A DNA stretch of 64,000 nt from the human T2T-CHM13v2.0 reference genome, Homo sapiens. Below are positions 62,070 through 64,000 of the stretch, one piece after another (the stretch's first letter is position 1; the number at the start of each line of letters is the position of its first letter). The position numbers and the translations under genes were made by a program. The notes beneath the pieces were generated by a model. It was given only the letters and a program-made list of their open reading frames with translations, did no database searches and was not told the DNA's origin. The DNA is taken from NCBI RefSeq assembly GCF_009914755.1, contig NC_060937.1, one strand, 5' to 3'.

Positions 62070-62830
62070 CTTAACTTTAAATTTTGAAATGATTTCAGAC
62101 TCACAGAAAAGTTGTAAAAATATTACAGGTAATTTCTGAATACACTTCACTCATATTTACCACATTTACTTTATCTTTCTATCTATATCTGTATTTACTG
62201 GAAGCATTTCAGAGTAAGTTGCAGGCCTAGTGGCCCTTTACTCCTAAATATGTCTGTACTTCCTAAAAACAAGTAAATTTTCTTATGTAACTATAGCACC
62301 ATAATCAAAATCAGGATTTGGACATTAACATATTACTGTCTTCCAATTTAGGGACTATATTCAAATTTCCCCAGTTGCCTCATTAATGCCTTTTGTGGTA
62401 AAAGAAAAAAAAATCTGGTTCAGCATCCTGCATTGCATTTAGTTGTTGTATCTCTTTATTCTCTCTCAATCTGGAATAATCCTTAGTTTTTTGGTCAGTT
62501 GTGATCTTAACATTTTTTAAGAGCATAAACCATTTATTTTATAAAATGTCACTCATTTTAGGTTTGCCTCTTTTCTCATGTACTAGATTCAGTCTTTGCA
62601 TTCTGGGCAGGAATAGAAATGACACTGTCCATCTATGAGCACCATGTTGGTAGCACGAAGTGCCTCTTTATCCCATTATTGGTGGTGTTGGCTTTGTTAA
62701 GGAGGTATCTCTGGCGTTTCTACACTGTAGACTTTCTATTTTCCTTTTGTCCTTAATAAAGTATCTTATAGGGAGATACTTTGAGACTCTATAAATAGCC
62801 AGCATACTTTCACTCACTAGCTTTAGCATA
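62070..62830 (-). mobile_element. Old L1MC/ME 3' fragment
   Basis: Degenerate L1 3' UTR motifs. Confidence 0.55.
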
Positions 62831-64000
62831 CTTCCTAGTTTGTATTTAGTGAGGAATAGGCTGAAGATGACAATGGCAGTGTCAGAGTTTATTATTATAA
62901 TTTTTAGAATCATGAGGTAGGTAACAACACAGTGCCAAGGAGATTTAGTTTTCCCTAAGCTTATTCTGCTACCGAAATGAGATACATTAAGCACTCAGAG
63001 ATGAAGCACAACCTAATTTACCTCACAGTTGCATTTGACAAGCTTGGTTATATTTTGGGAAATAAATTTGAAGCAACAGATGAGTAAGAGGGAGTGGTAA
63101 GAGGTATTAGACACGATGCTAATAGTGACAGCTTGGTGGTGATTAAGAATACAAAACTAAAAATAGCAAGTAGATCTATAAAAAGCTAGCCGATTGTTAC
63201 CATCTAGCGTAGGTGTATGGAGCTAAACATATTTATTCTAGTCCATGAGGGTGATTATGGCATGAGATGTTATAAGGCACGATTATGTCCTATAATATGG
63301 CATTTGATAATTTTTTGTACCTGTTTGAACAAAAGATTCATGGTGAGCTAGGGATATAACCAATACAAATAAATTTATCAACAACTGTTAGACTCTGCAG
63401 TGTGGCACTCCCTTGAGAAATTTGTCTTTGAGGATTCAGGTATTATAACTTGGTAGGGCTTACTCCTTTTTTGTGAGTGTGAATTTTTTTTTTTTTTTTT
63501 GGGTTCGGGCTTACTCTTGCTCACTAAATCCCAAGATTTATATATTCACATGCTAATACGTTAACAATGCAAAACAGTGCTGTCTGGTGGATCCCTGATT
63601 TGTGTGCTTTTTAGAAAGAGCACATTGCTGTTGGGTAGGAAAAACATATGAAGCCAGGTTCTCAAATATTTGTGTGGTAAGGATGGAGTAACAATAAGGG
63701 AATTCCACTTTGTATTTTGAATGTTTTTGAGGCATTGTTTCCAAAAGTGTGTTCCATGGACTTGGCAACTCATAAAGGTACTTTGCAAAAGGAGGAGGAA
63801 GTGCTGCGCAAGGCCCTTCTCTAGGAGAGTCACAGGACATATGGGCATCCTAATGACAAGAGTCTTTCCTAAACAATCTGTTGAACTGAGATTAACCCGG
63901 TGTTTCCCAAATAGAAGTGACACAGAAACCTTTTCCCCCCACATAATAGCCCTCAAAACAGATGCATATTAGCATCAGACTTCTGTAGTTACATTTTTCT

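Overview
Primate (almost certainly human) genomic DNA: an internal, mostly intronic 64 kb of the PCCA gene (propionyl-CoA carboxylase alpha, biotin-carboxylase domain) on the + strand. Five canonical GT-AG coding exons (37, 79, 103, 95 and 151 nt; from memory PCCA exons 8-12) splice in frame to [33 protein letters not shown]...FLEMNTRLQ. The rest is repeat-rich intron: more than 20 Alus (mostly antisense), old L1M/L2/MIR pieces, MaLR LTRs, Tigger/hAT DNA elements, microsatellites and a 22/24-bp VNTR. Almost all ORFs in the track are repeat or composition artefacts. The most unusual part is 47.7-53.0 kb. It holds a sense-oriented HERV9/LTR12 provirus with two large deletions, a HERV-I (LTR10) fragment with the hallmarks of L1-mediated retrotransposition, and a 24-bp micro-insertion with a perfect 15-bp TSD. 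Other leads are a hairpin/CpG cluster, a candidate developmental enhancer and candidate cryptic exons. I see no evidence for a wholly new biological system. Repeat family names come from recognising consensus sequences by eye, and repeat boundaries are approximate.
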